Assembly: GCA_021786385.1 (NCBI GenBank)
Contig: JAJYNJ010000077.1
Location: 12,329 to 76,328, forward strand
Source: Chloroflexota bacterium
GTDB lineage: Bacteria; Chloroflexota; Limnocylindria; Limnocylindrales; CSP1-4
DNA length: 64,000 nucleotides
Direction of reading: 5' to 3'
Shown: in pieces, positions 39,403 through 49,648 of the stretch
How positions within the stretch are numbered: position 1 is the first letter of the stretch
Layout: each line of letters begins with the position of its first letter
Translations under genes and position numbers: made by a program
Notes under the pieces: model-generated
The model's input: only the letters and a program-made list of their open reading frames with translations
Database searches by the model: none
What the model was told of the DNA's origin: nothing

Positions 39403-40061
39403 GCCCGGAGCGGGGACTCCGCTGCGGCCGTTGTCGGGCGGCCCCCACCGTCCCAGGCTGCCTGAACAGCGGGATCGCACGTGATGTGCACGGACGAGGC
39501 TCTCATCACAACGGATCATCCCCGCGGGGCTGATCGGGAGGTCTGGGGGTTGCCTCCGCGCAGCAGTACCGCGATCGCCTGCACACGTACGAGGGTGCAG
39601 CCTCGCCGCATTGGTGGCGCGCGCTCCTGCGTTGCGCTAGGCCCGCGTCTTGGCCCGCGTCTGGTCGGCCGGTTGTTGACATCATGTGCGAATCGCGCCG
39701 GGCACCGACCGGCCCCGCCAGGCCGGGAGTCGCCACGCCGGCCGCGATGTGCCCACCGGCTCCGCCACGCCGGGTACCGACCGGTGCCGTCCCGCCAGGC
39801 CGGCCGCCGACCTTGCGAGGGTGATCGGATGCCACGCGGGGAACCACCGCGGCACGACGACCGACAGCCCGCGCCTGCTCCAGCTGCGGCTACGATGAGA
39901 TTGTTACGGCCGAACGGGCGAACGGCGCAACGGACCAACGGCCGAACGGGCGAACGGCGCAACGGGCCAACTGGAGGGTGTGCGTGGGCGACAAGGACCG
40001 GGTGGACGTCCGCGGGGGTGACGACCTCCCCATAGACGCGCCCGGCGCCATCGACCCAGCG

Positions 40062-41501
40062 ATGCGCGGGGACGCGCCCGCGCCCGTCGACCCAGCAGGA
40101 CGCCCGGAGCACCCAGCAGGACGCCCGGAGCACCCAGCAGGACGCCCGGAGCACCCAGCAGGACGCCCGGAGCACCCACCCGGTCCCCTGGCCGGCATCC
40201 GCGTCTGCGATCTCTCGACCGTCCTCGCCGGCCCGTACTGCACGATGCTCCTGGCCGACCTCGGCGCCGACGTGGTCAAGGTCGAACCGCCCGAGGGCGA
40301 TGTCACGCGGGGCTGGGGGCCGCCATGGGCCGGCACGCCTGAGCTCGGCGTCACCTACCCGCCCGGCGATCCCCGGGCGGATCCCGCCTACCGCGGCGAA
40401 ACGGCCTACTACCTGGCGATCAACCGCAACAAGCGCGGCATCCGCCTCGACCTCAAGACCGAGCCAGGGCGCGAAGTCCTCCGCCGGCTCCTCGCCCGCA
40501 GCGACGTGCTCGTCGAGAACTACCGGATCGGTGGACTCGCACGGCTTGGCTTCTCCGACGACGAGCTCGAGCGGCTGAACCCGCGCCTGGTGCACCTGGC
40601 CATCAGCGGGTTCGGACGCGATGGACCCTACGCGGAGCGTCCCGGGTACGACTTCATCGTGCAGGCGATGTCCGGGCTCATGTCGATCACCGGAGCCCGC
40701 GACCGAGACGGCGGCGAGCCGACGAAGGTGGGTGTGGCGGTCGTCGACCTGGCGACCGGCATGCTCGGGGCGGTCGCCGTGCTGGCGGCATTGCTCGGCC
40801 GCGAGCGACTCGGGCGCGAGCGACTCGGCCGCGAGCACCAGGCGGCGCCGGTCCACGGCGTGCAGGCGGCGGCGTCGGCGGCGGCACGAGGTCAGCGCAT
40901 CGACATCAGCCTCTTCGAGTCGACGATCGCCTGGCTCGCGAACCAGGCGGCCAACTACCTGGTCGGCGGCGTGGTGCCGGGCCGGCTCGGCAACGAGCAC
41001 CCGAACATCACGCCCTACGAGACCTTCCGCACCGCGGATGGCTCGATCGCGGTCGCCGTCGGCAGCGATCGTCAGTGGCCACGCTTCTGCGAAGCCATCG
41101 GCATGCCCGAGCTGGGCGAGGACGGCCGCTTCGCGACGAACGGTACACGGGTCGAGCACCGCGACGAGCTGCGCGAAATCCTCGCCGAGCGGTTCGCCAT
41201 GCGCCCCTCGGCCGACTGGATCGCGGAGCTGCTCGCCGCGGACGTTCCGTGCGGGCCGATCAACGACCTGGCGGCGCTCTTCGCCGACCCGCAGGTGGCG
41301 GCCAGGCGGATGGTCGAGACGGTGCCCCACCCGACGCTTGGCGAACTGCGCACGACGGGGATCCCCTTCAAGCTCTCGGCCACGCCAGGCAGCGTCCGGA
41401 CTGCGCCGCCGCTGCTGGGGCAGCACACCGACGAGGTGCTCGCCGAGTTGGGGTTCGACCCGTCCGAACGCGATCGCCTGCGTACCGCTGGCGTCACGTG
41501 A
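40062..41501 (+). CDS. CaiB/BaiF family III CoA transferase
   Basis: LAGPYCTMLLADLGADVVKVE, NRNKR, ENYR, PGYD, PPLLGQHT. Start uncertain (39978 or 40062). Confidence 0.93.
   Translation: MRGDAPAPVDPAGRPEHPAGRPEHPAGRPEHPAGRPEHPPGPLAGIRVCDLSTVLAGPYCTMLLADLGADVVKVEPPEGDVTRGWGPPWAGTPELGVTYPPGDPRADPAYRGETAYYLAINRNKRGIRLDLKTEPGREVLRRLLARSDVLVENYRIGGLARLGFSDDELERLNPRLVHLAISGFGRDGPYAERPGYDFIVQAMSGLMSITGARDRDGGEPTKVGVAVVDLATGMLGAVAVLAALLGRERLGRERLGREHQAAPVHGVQAAASAAARGQRIDISLFESTIAWLANQAANYLVGGVVPGRLGNEHPNITPYETFRTADGSIAVAVGSDRQWPRFCEAIGMPELGEDGRFATNGTRVEHRDELREILAERFAMRPSADWIAELLAADVPCGPINDLAALFADPQVAARRMVETVPHPTLGELRTTGIPFKLSATPGSVRTAPPLLGQHTDEVLAELGFDPSERDRLRTAGVT
40091..40175. repeat. 21-bp tandem repeat (4 copies) encoding PAGRPEH
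   Basis: cccagcaggacgcccggagca units. Confidence 0.9.
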
Positions 41502-41584
41502 ACGCGAGCAGGCCGGCCGCTCGGCAGCCGCGCTGCTAGACTCGGCCACGATCGGCGATCGGCGATCGGTGGAGGAGGTGCGGG

Positions 41585-42403
41585 GTGGCGGACGAGCGCG
41601 AGCGGTGGGCGCTGATCCTCGGTGCCAGCAGTGGCTTCGGCGAGGCGACCGCCCTTGCCTTGGCGGCGGACGGGTACCAGATCGCCGGTGTGCATCTCGA
41701 TCGCCGGTCGGGGATGGCGCACGTGGAGGAGATCCGGGCGCGCATCGCGGCGCTCGGGCGCGAGGCGCACTTCTTCAACGTGAACGCCGCCGACGACGTG
41801 CAGCGGGCGAACGTGCTGGCGGCTCTGCGCGAACGGTTCGAGCGGTCCGAGGCCGCCGGTCGCCACTCGTACATCCGCGTGCTCCTGCACTCCCTCGCCT
41901 TCGGGACGCTGAAGCCGTACCTCGCCGCCGATGCGGCCGACGCGATCAGCCGCAAGAACATGGAGATGACCCTGGATGTCATGGCGCACAGCCTCGTCTA
42001 CTGGACGCAGGACCTGGTGCGCGGCGGGTTCATCGAGCGCGGGTCGCGCATCTACGCCATGACCAGCGAGGGCTCGAGCCGGGTCGTCGGCAGCTACGGC
42101 GCAGTGAGCGCGGCCAAGGCGGCGTTGGAGTCGCACTGCCGCCAGCTCGCCATGGAGCTCGCCCGGCGCGGGATCGGGGCCACCTGCAATGCGATCCGCG
42201 CCGGGGTGACGGTGACCCACGCGTTGATGCAGATCCCCGAGCGCGACGAGCTGATGGAGGTGGCCCGGCGGCGGAACCCGCACGGTCGGCTCACCACCAC
42301 CGAGGACGTGGCGCGCGCGATCGTCACGCTCTCCCGCGACGGCACCGAGTGGATGACGGGCAACGTCCTGGGCATCGACGGCGGGGAGTTCGTGACCGGA
42401 TGA
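41585..42403 (+). CDS. SDR oxidoreductase, FabL/FabI-like enoyl-ACP reductase
   Basis: GASSGFG; YGAVSAAK (YxxxxxxK); IDGG. Confidence 0.85.
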   Translation: MADERERWALILGASSGFGEATALALAADGYQIAGVHLDRRSGMAHVEEIRARIAALGREAHFFNVNAADDVQRANVLAALRERFERSEAAGRHSYIRVLLHSLAFGTLKPYLAADAADAISRKNMEMTLDVMAHSLVYWTQDLVRGGFIERGSRIYAMTSEGSSRVVGSYGAVSAAKAALESHCRQLAMELARRGIGATCNAIRAGVTVTHALMQIPERDELMEVARRRNPHGRLTTTEDVARAIVTLSRDGTEWMTGNVLGIDGGEFVTG

Positions 42404-42447
42404 TCGCCGACCCGCGCCCGGGGTCGCTGATCAGGGAGCGCGGCGGA

Positions 42448-43383
42448 ATGCCAGCGCACGTGGTGGTCCTCGGTGCGATCAATGTCGACATGGTCGTCAG
42501 CGGAGCCCGGCTTCCGGCGCCGGGCGAGACCGTCGTCGGCGGCACCTTCGCCATGCACCACGGCGGGAAGGGCGGGAACCAGGCGGTCGCTGCGGCGCGC
42601 GCGCTGCGCGGCGGTCCGGGTGAGGGATCGGTGGCGATGGTCGGAGCGGTCGGCGACGATGGCTTCGGGCGCGAGGCGGTCGCGGCGTTGCAGGCCGAGG
42701 GGATCGACTGCGCGTCGCTCCTCGTGCGACCCGGCATCGCCACCGGCATCGCCCTCATCGCGGTCGATCCGGCCGGGGAGAACCAGATCGCGGTCGCCCC
42801 CGGCGCGAACGAAGCGCTGCGGCCGAGCGACGTAGAGGTCGCGCTGGCGCGCGTGTTGGGCCCCGAGTCCGTCCTCTTGGCGAGCCTCGAGGTGCCGATC
42901 GACGCAGTCCTGGCGGCCGCCTACGTCGCGCGGCGCGTCGGTGCACGCTTGGTGCTGAACCCGGCCCCCGCGCACGACGTGCCGCCGGCGCTGCTGCGGT
43001 TGGCGACGCATCTGACGCCGAACGAGGTCGAGCTGGACGCGCTCGTGCCCGGGGCCGCCGGGGACCCGGCGGTCGCCGCCCATCGGCTCGCGGCGGCCGA
43101 TCGCGAGCTGCGGATCGCGGTGACGCTCGGCGCGCACGGGGTGCTCGCCGTCGGGCCCGATGTCGAGCAGCTGTTCCGGGCGCTCGACGTTGAGGCGGTC
43201 GACACGACCGGGGCGGGAGACGCGTTCAACGGTGCGCTGGCCGCGGCGCTGGCGGAGGGGCGCTCGTTCGTGGAGGCGGTGCGACGGGGCCGGAGCGCCA
43301 GTGGGCTGGCGACGACCCGGCCCGGTGCCCGGGAAGGGATGCCGACGCGCGACGAGATCGACCGGGCGAAGGAGCCCCGATGA
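42448..43383 (+). CDS. rbsK: Ribokinase (PfkB family)
   Basis: GGKGGNQAVAAAR, NPAP, PNEVE, DTTGAGDAF. Confidence 0.85.
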   Translation: MPAHVVVLGAINVDMVVSGARLPAPGETVVGGTFAMHHGGKGGNQAVAAARALRGGPGEGSVAMVGAVGDDGFGREAVAALQAEGIDCASLLVRPGIATGIALIAVDPAGENQIAVAPGANEALRPSDVEVALARVLGPESVLLASLEVPIDAVLAAAYVARRVGARLVLNPAPAHDVPPALLRLATHLTPNEVELDALVPGAAGDPAVAAHRLAAADRELRIAVTLGAHGVLAVGPDVEQLFRALDVEAVDTTGAGDAFNGALAAALAEGRSFVEAVRRGRSASGLATTRPGAREGMPTRDEIDRAKEPR

Positions 43384-43461
43384 GGCCGAAGGGGAAGGCA
43401 CGGTGAGCGGCATGCCGGGATCGGCGTCGACGCCGATCCGCAGGCCGAAGGGGAAGGCACA

Positions 43462-44745
43462 GTGAAGATCGACGATGATCCGCTCCGCCCGGCGCCCGAC
43501 GCGTCCGGGGCCGGCCCGACCGCCGGGGGCCCCGGCGTTTCGGCCGCGCGGAGCTCCGCCGGGGCGGCCTCGCCCGATTCCGTCGCCGCTGCCCCGCCCG
43601 TCGTTCCCTCGGCGCGCCTCGGTGGCGTGCCCGAGTTTGCCCTCGAGCGCTTCTTCGACCGCTTCGAGTTCGATCTTCCCCACCAACTCGGATCGTCGGA
43701 TCCCGAGACGCTCTCGGTGACGGAGTTGCTGGCCCTCGCCGATGCCGAGCTGCTCGAGCAGTGGCAGCGGCTGCGGCTCGGCTACCGGACGGCGGCCGGC
43801 GATCCGGCGCTGCGAGCGGCCATCGCCGCCCTCTATCCCGGTCGGACGGCCGATGACGTGCTCGTCGCGGTGGGCGCTGCCGAGGCGCTGCTGCTCGCCT
43901 GCGCCGCCACGATCGTGCCGGGCGACCGCGCGGTGGCGCTCACCCCCGCGTACCAGTCGCTGCACGAGTTGCCCCGCGCCATGGGGGCGACGCTCGACCT
44001 CGTCGCAGTGGAGGAGCGGGACGACGCCTGGCGTTTCCCGTTCGAGCGGCTGATGGGAGCGCTCCGGCCGGGCGTCGCGCTCCTCGTGCTGAATACACCG
44101 CACAACCCGACCGGTGCCGCCGCCAGTCCGGACGAGCTCCGCGCGATCGTGTCGCGCTGTGAGGAGCTCGGGATCCGCGTCATCGGCGACGAGGTCTACC
44201 GTGGCCTGGAGTGGGGCAGGGCGACGGCGCCATCCGTCACCGAGCTCGCGGACCGCGCCGTCGCCGTCGGCGTCACCTCGAAGGTGTACGGGCTGGCTGG
44301 GCTGCGGATCGGCTGGATCGTCACGGGCGATCACGAGCTGCGGGCGCGGGCGCGGGCGATCAAGGACTACACGACGCTCTGCGCCGCGGGCCCGTCCGAG
44401 GTGCTGGCGACCGTCGCGCTGCGGGCGGAACGGCTCCTGCGTGAGCGGACGCGCACGCGATGCGAGGCCAACATGGTGCGCCTCGAGGCGTTCGTCGCGC
44501 AGCACCCGGAGCTCTTCGCGTGGCGACGTCCGGCGGCCACGACGGTCTCCGTCGCACGCCTCGCCGCGCCGCTCCTGGCGCGCCACGGTGGCGATCCCGA
44601 GGCTGTGCTGGCGCACTGGCGGGACCGCGCCGGTGTGGTTGTCGCTCCCGGGCCGGCATTCGGGTGTACGCCCGACCAGTTCAGAGTGGGCTTCGGTCGG
44701 GCAGATCTGCCGGAGGCGCTCGAGGCGCTGGCCGCGGTCGGCTGA
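43462..44745 (+). CDS. PLP-dependent aminotransferase class I/II
   Basis: NTPHNPTG, DEVY, SKVYGLAGLRIGW. Confidence 0.92.
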   Translation: MKIDDDPLRPAPDASGAGPTAGGPGVSAARSSAGAASPDSVAAAPPVVPSARLGGVPEFALERFFDRFEFDLPHQLGSSDPETLSVTELLALADAELLEQWQRLRLGYRTAAGDPALRAAIAALYPGRTADDVLVAVGAAEALLLACAATIVPGDRAVALTPAYQSLHELPRAMGATLDLVAVEERDDAWRFPFERLMGALRPGVALLVLNTPHNPTGAAASPDELRAIVSRCEELGIRVIGDEVYRGLEWGRATAPSVTELADRAVAVGVTSKVYGLAGLRIGWIVTGDHELRARARAIKDYTTLCAAGPSEVLATVALRAERLLRERTRTRCEANMVRLEAFVAQHPELFAWRRPAATTVSVARLAAPLLARHGGDPEAVLAHWRDRAGVVVAPGPAFGCTPDQFRVGFGRADLPEALEALAAVG

Positions 44746-44846
44746 TGCCGACGCCCCTCGTTCGGGTAGCTGCGGGGCGCGGGCCACCCTCCGGCGGATA
44801 GTGCCCAGTCCTACCCGCGGTCTCGGACGGGGTACCCTGTCAAGCC

Positions 44847-46154
44847 ATGCGACTCCGTCGGCGCTGGCTCGCGGTGATCGTGCCGATCGCGGTGGTCGGC
44901 GTGATCGAGGTGGCCAGCGACAGCTTCCTCGACGAGATGCTGCCGTTCCCCCGCGACACCATCTTGGTGGTGGCGGTGGTGAGCGTCCTCGCCGTGGTGT
45001 ACGGCCGATATGCCTTCGGCGAGATCGATCGGCTGGCCGGGACGCTGCGCCAGCGCAACGCCGAGCTGGAGGAGCGGCACGCGGCGGCGGCGGCGCTCCA
45101 CCGCGTCAGCATGGCGGTGACCGCTCTCGCCGACATCGATGCCGTGCTGCGGGCCGTGGTGGACAACGCGCGCCGGCTTCTGGGCGCCGACGTGGCGGTC
45201 CTCGTGCTCGCCGACACGGACGGCGAGCTGCGCATGGCGGCGTGGAGCGGACCGGACGATGCGATCGATCCGCTTGGGGCGCAGCCGGGAGAGGACTTTC
45301 GGCGCTTCATCCGGACGGCCTACCTGGCCACCAACGTGGCCGCGCCGCTGCGGCTCGGCGATCGGACCGTCGGCACGCTGGCTGCGGCGGCGCGGACCGT
45401 CCGGGCCTACGGAGTGGATGACGTGGAGACGCTCTCCTCGCTGGCGAGCCAGGCGGCGATCGCTCTCGAGCATGACCGTCTTCAGCGTGAGCTGCGCGAG
45501 CTGGCCGTGCGCGGGGAACGCGAGCGCATCGCCCGCGAGATGCACGACGGCCTGGCGCAGGTCCTTGGGTACGTCAACATGAAGTCGCAGGCGGTCGAGG
45601 AACTCCTCGCAACGGGCCGCGTCGAGGCGGCGCGTGCCCAGCTGGCGGAGCTGGCCACCGCGGCGCGCTCGGTCTACGTCGACGTCCGCGAGGCGATCCT
45701 CGGTCTGACGAGCCCGATCCCCCCGGACCGGGGGCTGGTCGGGGCCCTGGAGGAGTACGCCGAACGCTTCTCCGAGGCGTCGAAACTGGTCACCCGTGTC
45801 GAGGCCATGGACGACGCCCGCCGGCTGGTACTCGCTCCGGACGTCCAGGCGCAGGTCTTCCGCATCGTCCAGGAGGCGCTCACCAACGTGCGCAAGCACG
45901 CGGCGGCTCGACGTGTCCGGATCGCGCTGGACCTGGAGGCGGAGTGGCTGACGGTCCGCGTCGAGGACGATGGGCGTGGGATGGCGACGGTGACGGCCCC
46001 GCCCGGAGACTGGCCACACTACGGTCTGCGGACGATGCGGGAGCGGGCGGCCGCGGTGGGCGCGGCGTTGACGTTCGAACCGGTCGGGGGGCAGGGCACG
46101 CGAGTGATCCTGCGCGTCCCGCGACTCGCTGCGACTGGGAGGGGAGTGACCTGA
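44847..46154 (+). CDS. Sensor histidine kinase (2 TM, GAF, HisKA_3; NarQ/DegS-like)
   Basis: ERERIAREMHDGLAQ, QEALTNVRKHA, DDGRG, GLRTMRERA. Confidence 0.93.
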   Translation: MRLRRRWLAVIVPIAVVGVIEVASDSFLDEMLPFPRDTILVVAVVSVLAVVYGRYAFGEIDRLAGTLRQRNAELEERHAAAAALHRVSMAVTALADIDAVLRAVVDNARRLLGADVAVLVLADTDGELRMAAWSGPDDAIDPLGAQPGEDFRRFIRTAYLATNVAAPLRLGDRTVGTLAAAARTVRAYGVDDVETLSSLASQAAIALEHDRLQRELRELAVRGERERIAREMHDGLAQVLGYVNMKSQAVEELLATGRVEAARAQLAELATAARSVYVDVREAILGLTSPIPPDRGLVGALEEYAERFSEASKLVTRVEAMDDARRLVLAPDVQAQVFRIVQEALTNVRKHAAARRVRIALDLEAEWLTVRVEDDGRGMATVTAPPGDWPHYGLRTMRERAAAVGAALTFEPVGGQGTRVILRVPRLAATGRGVT

Positions 46155-46170
46155 TGAGGGGAGTGGCCTG

Positions 46171-46812
46171 ATGCGGATCCTGCTGGCGGACGACCATGCG
46201 CTCTTCCGCGACGGCGTGGCGTCGCTGATCTCCGCCTGGGGACACGAGGTGGTGGGTCAAGCGGCCAACGGCGAGGAGGCCGTGGCGCTCGCCGATCGGC
46301 TGCGGCCGGACCTCGTTCTGATGGACGTGCGGATGCCCGGCCGGTCCGGGCTGGCCGCTACCCAGCAGATCAAGAGCGCCCACCCCGAGGTCGCGATCGT
46401 GATGCTCACCGTGAGCGAAGACGAGGAGGATCTCTTCACCGCGATCAAGGCGGGCGCGCAGGGTTACCTGCTGAAGAACCTCGAGAGCGCCCAGCTGCGC
46501 TCGATGCTGCAGGCGGTCGGCCGCGGCGAGGCGGCCATCACGCCGGCGACCGCGGCGCGCATCATCGACGAGTTCCTGCGCCCCGACCGGCCGCACCCGC
46601 CCGCCGACCCGGACCGGCTGACCGAGCGCGAGATCGAGGTGCTGCGCCTCGTGACGCAGGGGCTGCGCAACAAGGAGATCGCCGCACGGCTCGGGATCAC
46701 CGAGAACACCGCGAAGTTCCACCTGAAGAACATCTTGGAGAAGCTGCACGCGCAGAGCCGGACCGAGCTGGCCGCGCGTGCCGTTCGCGAGGGACTCATC
46801 CCGGGCGACTGA
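46171..46812 (+). CDS. NarL/LuxR-family response regulator
   Basis: LADDH, LMDVRMP, GYLLK, LTEREIEVL, NKEIA. Confidence 0.95.
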   Translation: MRILLADDHALFRDGVASLISAWGHEVVGQAANGEEAVALADRLRPDLVLMDVRMPGRSGLAATQQIKSAHPEVAIVMLTVSEDEEDLFTAIKAGAQGYLLKNLESAQLRSMLQAVGRGEAAITPATAARIIDEFLRPDRPHPPADPDRLTEREIEVLRLVTQGLRNKEIAARLGITENTAKFHLKNILEKLHAQSRTELAARAVREGLIPGD

Positions 46813-47033
46813 GCCCGGTGGGGCCCGCTCGGCAGGCGGCGCCCGACACGGCGCCCGACACGGCCTGGCGGGACCCGTCTCGACGTGGTGCGGCGCAGCG
46901 GTCCGAACGGCCCGGGCCATCCGGCCCCGACCGCCTCCCCTGTCGAGCGCGCGCGTCCCCACTCGCTCGCGTGTGTGCCACGTGGCCGTCGCAGGCCATC
47001 CTCTGGGCGACGATCCGCACTGGAGGTACGCCC

Positions 47034-49028
47034 ATGGGCTACCGCATCACGATCGCGACGGGTGGCTGCATCAACTGCGGCGTCTGTATGGACGTCTGTC
47101 CCGTCCAGGCGCTCGACATGACACGACCGGACCACGGCGGTATCGAGGCCGGCCCGTCCGGTGCCCTCCCGTTGCGCTGGATGATGGAGTACCCCACCCA
47201 GGTCGGCGAGTGCATCGGCTGCGGGATCTGCGTGCGGGAATGCCCCGTTCAGGTCGTGATGCTCGATGCCGTCGCCGGCCTGGCCCCGCTGGCCCCCCGC
47301 CAGGGGCCGCTCACGCGGCCCGTCGCCGCAGGCCAAGCGAACGGCTGGCTCCCGCTCTCCGAGGTGACGCGTGAGTCGCTCAAGCCCGACCACCCCGAGC
47401 CGTTCGAGCCTCTCTTCACGTGGCGCACGAGCGAACGGCCACAGCCGTGGCAGGCGTGGCGGACCATGGTCGACGCGGACCCGGATCCCAAGGCCCCTTG
47501 CCAGGCGGCGTGCCCGGCCGGCACCGACGCGGGCCGGTACGTCGGCCTGATCGCGCAGGGCCGCTTCGACGGGGCGTATGCCGTCGCCGCCGAGGTCAAC
47601 CCGTTCCCATCGGTCTGCGGCTGGATCTGCACCGCGCCGTGCGAATCGGCGTGCCGCCGCGGCACCCTCGACGAGCCCGTCGCGATCCGCACCCTGAAGC
47701 GGTTCGCGGCTGAGCGCGGCAAGCTCCCGGCGGTCGCGCCGCCGCAGCGACGACGGCCGGAGCGGGTGGCGATCGTCGGCGGCGGTCCCGCCGGCATGTC
47801 GGCGGCGTACTACCTGGCGCGCCTCGGGTACGGCGTCACCGTCTTCGAGGCGATGCCCGTGCCCGGCGGCATGATGGCGATTGGGATCCCCTCGTACCGT
47901 CTGCCGCGGGAGGTCCTCCGCGAGGAGATCGACCGGATCGTGGGACTCGGCGTCGAGCTTCGCCTCGACAGCGCGATGGGACGTGATTTCAGCTTGAGCG
48001 ACCTCGAGGCAGAGGGCTACAAGGCCGTGTTCCTCGCAACCGGGGCGTCGAAGAGCCGGCGGCTCGGTGTCCCGGGCGATCAGCTCCCCGGTGTCGTGCC
48101 CGCCACGCTCTTCCTGAAGCAGGTCAACCTCGGTGAGGGCCCCCGCCTCTCCGGACCGGTGGTCGTGGTCGGCGGCGGCAGCACGGCGATGGACGCGGCA
48201 CGCTCCGCGCTGCGCAGCGGCGCCGACTCCGTGACGGTGCTCTACCGTCGCGGCCGCGCCGAGATGCCGGCGCAGCGCGAGGAGGTCGAGGCTGCCGAGC
48301 GCGAGGGCGTTACGATCCGGACCGGCGTGGTGGTCGACGAGGTGCTGGGGAACGGCCGTGCCGGCTCGGTGCGCTGCCGGCTCCAGCAACCCACCGATCG
48401 CGTCGAGGGTGGCCGCACCGTCTGGGAGACCGTGGCCGGCAGCGAGTTCGAGTTCTCGTGCGCCACGATCCTCGTGGCGATCGGCGAGGAGCCCGACCCC
48501 TCGATCCTGCCGCCGGGCGCCGGCATCGAGGTCACGTCGTGGGCCGGCATCATGGCCGATCCGCGCACGCTCGCCACCGGGCGGGCGGGCGTCTTCGCGG
48601 GCGGCGACGTCGTCTCGGGCCCTAAGACGGTGATCGACGCGGTGGCCAACGGCCGCCGGGCGGCCGCTTCGATCCACGAGTACCTCTCGGGCTCACGAAA
48701 CGGCGAGGCCGAGATCTTCGCCGCGGTGCGCTATCGCACGGCGCCCGAACGCCAGCTTCGGCTCGACCTGGCCCCGCGCCCGCGCGCCCAGGTCGAGCAC
48801 CCGGACTACGTGCCAGGTTCGTTTACCGCCAACGAGCCCGGGTTCGACGAGGCGACGGCGCGGGCTGAGGCATCACGGTGCTTCCGCTGCGATGCCGTCT
48901 ATCGCTGCGGCGTGGTGCAGGTCGTGTCGGGCCGCGGTCCGACCGACGTGCGGCCCGCCGTCCCCACGGCCGCCGCCGGCGCTCGTGCGCCGTCTCCCGT
49001 CCCGACTATTGCAGGAGGTGACCGATGA
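47034..49028 (+). CDS. Fe-S flavoprotein: 2[4Fe-4S] ferredoxin fused to a GltD/SudA-like NAD(P)H oxidoreductase
   Basis: CINCGVCMDVCP, CIGCGICVRECP, CQAACP, CGWICTAPCESAC, GGGPAG, GGGSTAMD, GVFAGGD, RCFRC; GGAGG RBS. Confidence 0.9.
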   Translation: MGYRITIATGGCINCGVCMDVCPVQALDMTRPDHGGIEAGPSGALPLRWMMEYPTQVGECIGCGICVRECPVQVVMLDAVAGLAPLAPRQGPLTRPVAAGQANGWLPLSEVTRESLKPDHPEPFEPLFTWRTSERPQPWQAWRTMVDADPDPKAPCQAACPAGTDAGRYVGLIAQGRFDGAYAVAAEVNPFPSVCGWICTAPCESACRRGTLDEPVAIRTLKRFAAERGKLPAVAPPQRRRPERVAIVGGGPAGMSAAYYLARLGYGVTVFEAMPVPGGMMAIGIPSYRLPREVLREEIDRIVGLGVELRLDSAMGRDFSLSDLEAEGYKAVFLATGASKSRRLGVPGDQLPGVVPATLFLKQVNLGEGPRLSGPVVVVGGGSTAMDAARSALRSGADSVTVLYRRGRAEMPAQREEVEAAEREGVTIRTGVVVDEVLGNGRAGSVRCRLQQPTDRVEGGRTVWETVAGSEFEFSCATILVAIGEEPDPSILPPGAGIEVTSWAGIMADPRTLATGRAGVFAGGDVVSGPKTVIDAVANGRRAAASIHEYLSGSRNGEAEIFAAVRYRTAPERQLRLDLAPRPRAQVEHPDYVPGSFTANEPGFDEATARAEASRCFRCDAVYRCGVVQVVSGRGPTDVRPAVPTAAAGARAPSPVPTIAGGDR

Positions 49029-49636
49029 CTCCGGATCAGGTCTCGGCGTTCTTCGACGCCGGGGAGAGTTTCGTGGAGGGGACCATCGCGGCCGCGCTGG
49101 TCGCCTTGTGGCTCCTCGTCGTGGCGCTGCACCTTGCGCGCCCGTACATGGTCACGAACTTGCGCAAGTTCACGCTCCGCCTGGGCGCGGATCTCTGGTG
49201 GATCATCTACGTCGGCGCGCGCGACATCTTCCTCGTCCAGGTCTTCCTGGGCAGCTTCATCTTCTTCTACCCCGACGTCGTCAAGGGCCGGGACCTGCCG
49301 ATCACGGGCGGGCTGGCGGCGGCCTGCGCGTTCGCCGTCCTCGTCATCAAGCTCGTCACGCAGGGGGACGCCGACCGGCGTTGGTTCCAGGTCCAGACGT
49401 TGCTGTTGGGGCTGGGGGCGACCCTCTACATCGTCCCATACCTCTTGGGCGTCCAGGTCACGCAGATCGGGACCCCGAGCGGCAACCAGCTGGCATCGAT
49501 CTTCGTGAGCTCGATGAACACCAACTGGTCGCTGCCGCTCTCCTACATCTCGGCGGCGATCGTCGGCGCGCTTGGCCTCGTCGCCGTCGGCTACAACCTC
49601 CGCCAAACCGTCAGCCGCCCGCGCGGCCACGCTTAG
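49025..49636 (+). CDS. Uncharacterised multi-TM membrane protein (paralog A)
   Basis: ATGA overlap with the oxidoreductase, GGAGG RBS, ~5 TM segments. Confidence 0.85.
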   Translation: MTPDQVSAFFDAGESFVEGTIAAALVALWLLVVALHLARPYMVTNLRKFTLRLGADLWWIIYVGARDIFLVQVFLGSFIFFYPDVVKGRDLPITGGLAAACAFAVLVIKLVTQGDADRRWFQVQTLLLGLGATLYIVPYLLGVQVTQIGTPSGNQLASIFVSSMNTNWSLPLSYISAAIVGALGLVAVGYNLRQTVSRPRGHA

Positions 49637-49648
49637 GAGTCCAACGAG

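Noticed and set aside
47034-49028. Calling this gene gltD
   Set aside because: No adjacent gltB and it has an extra ferredoxin domain; only family-level similarity is supported.
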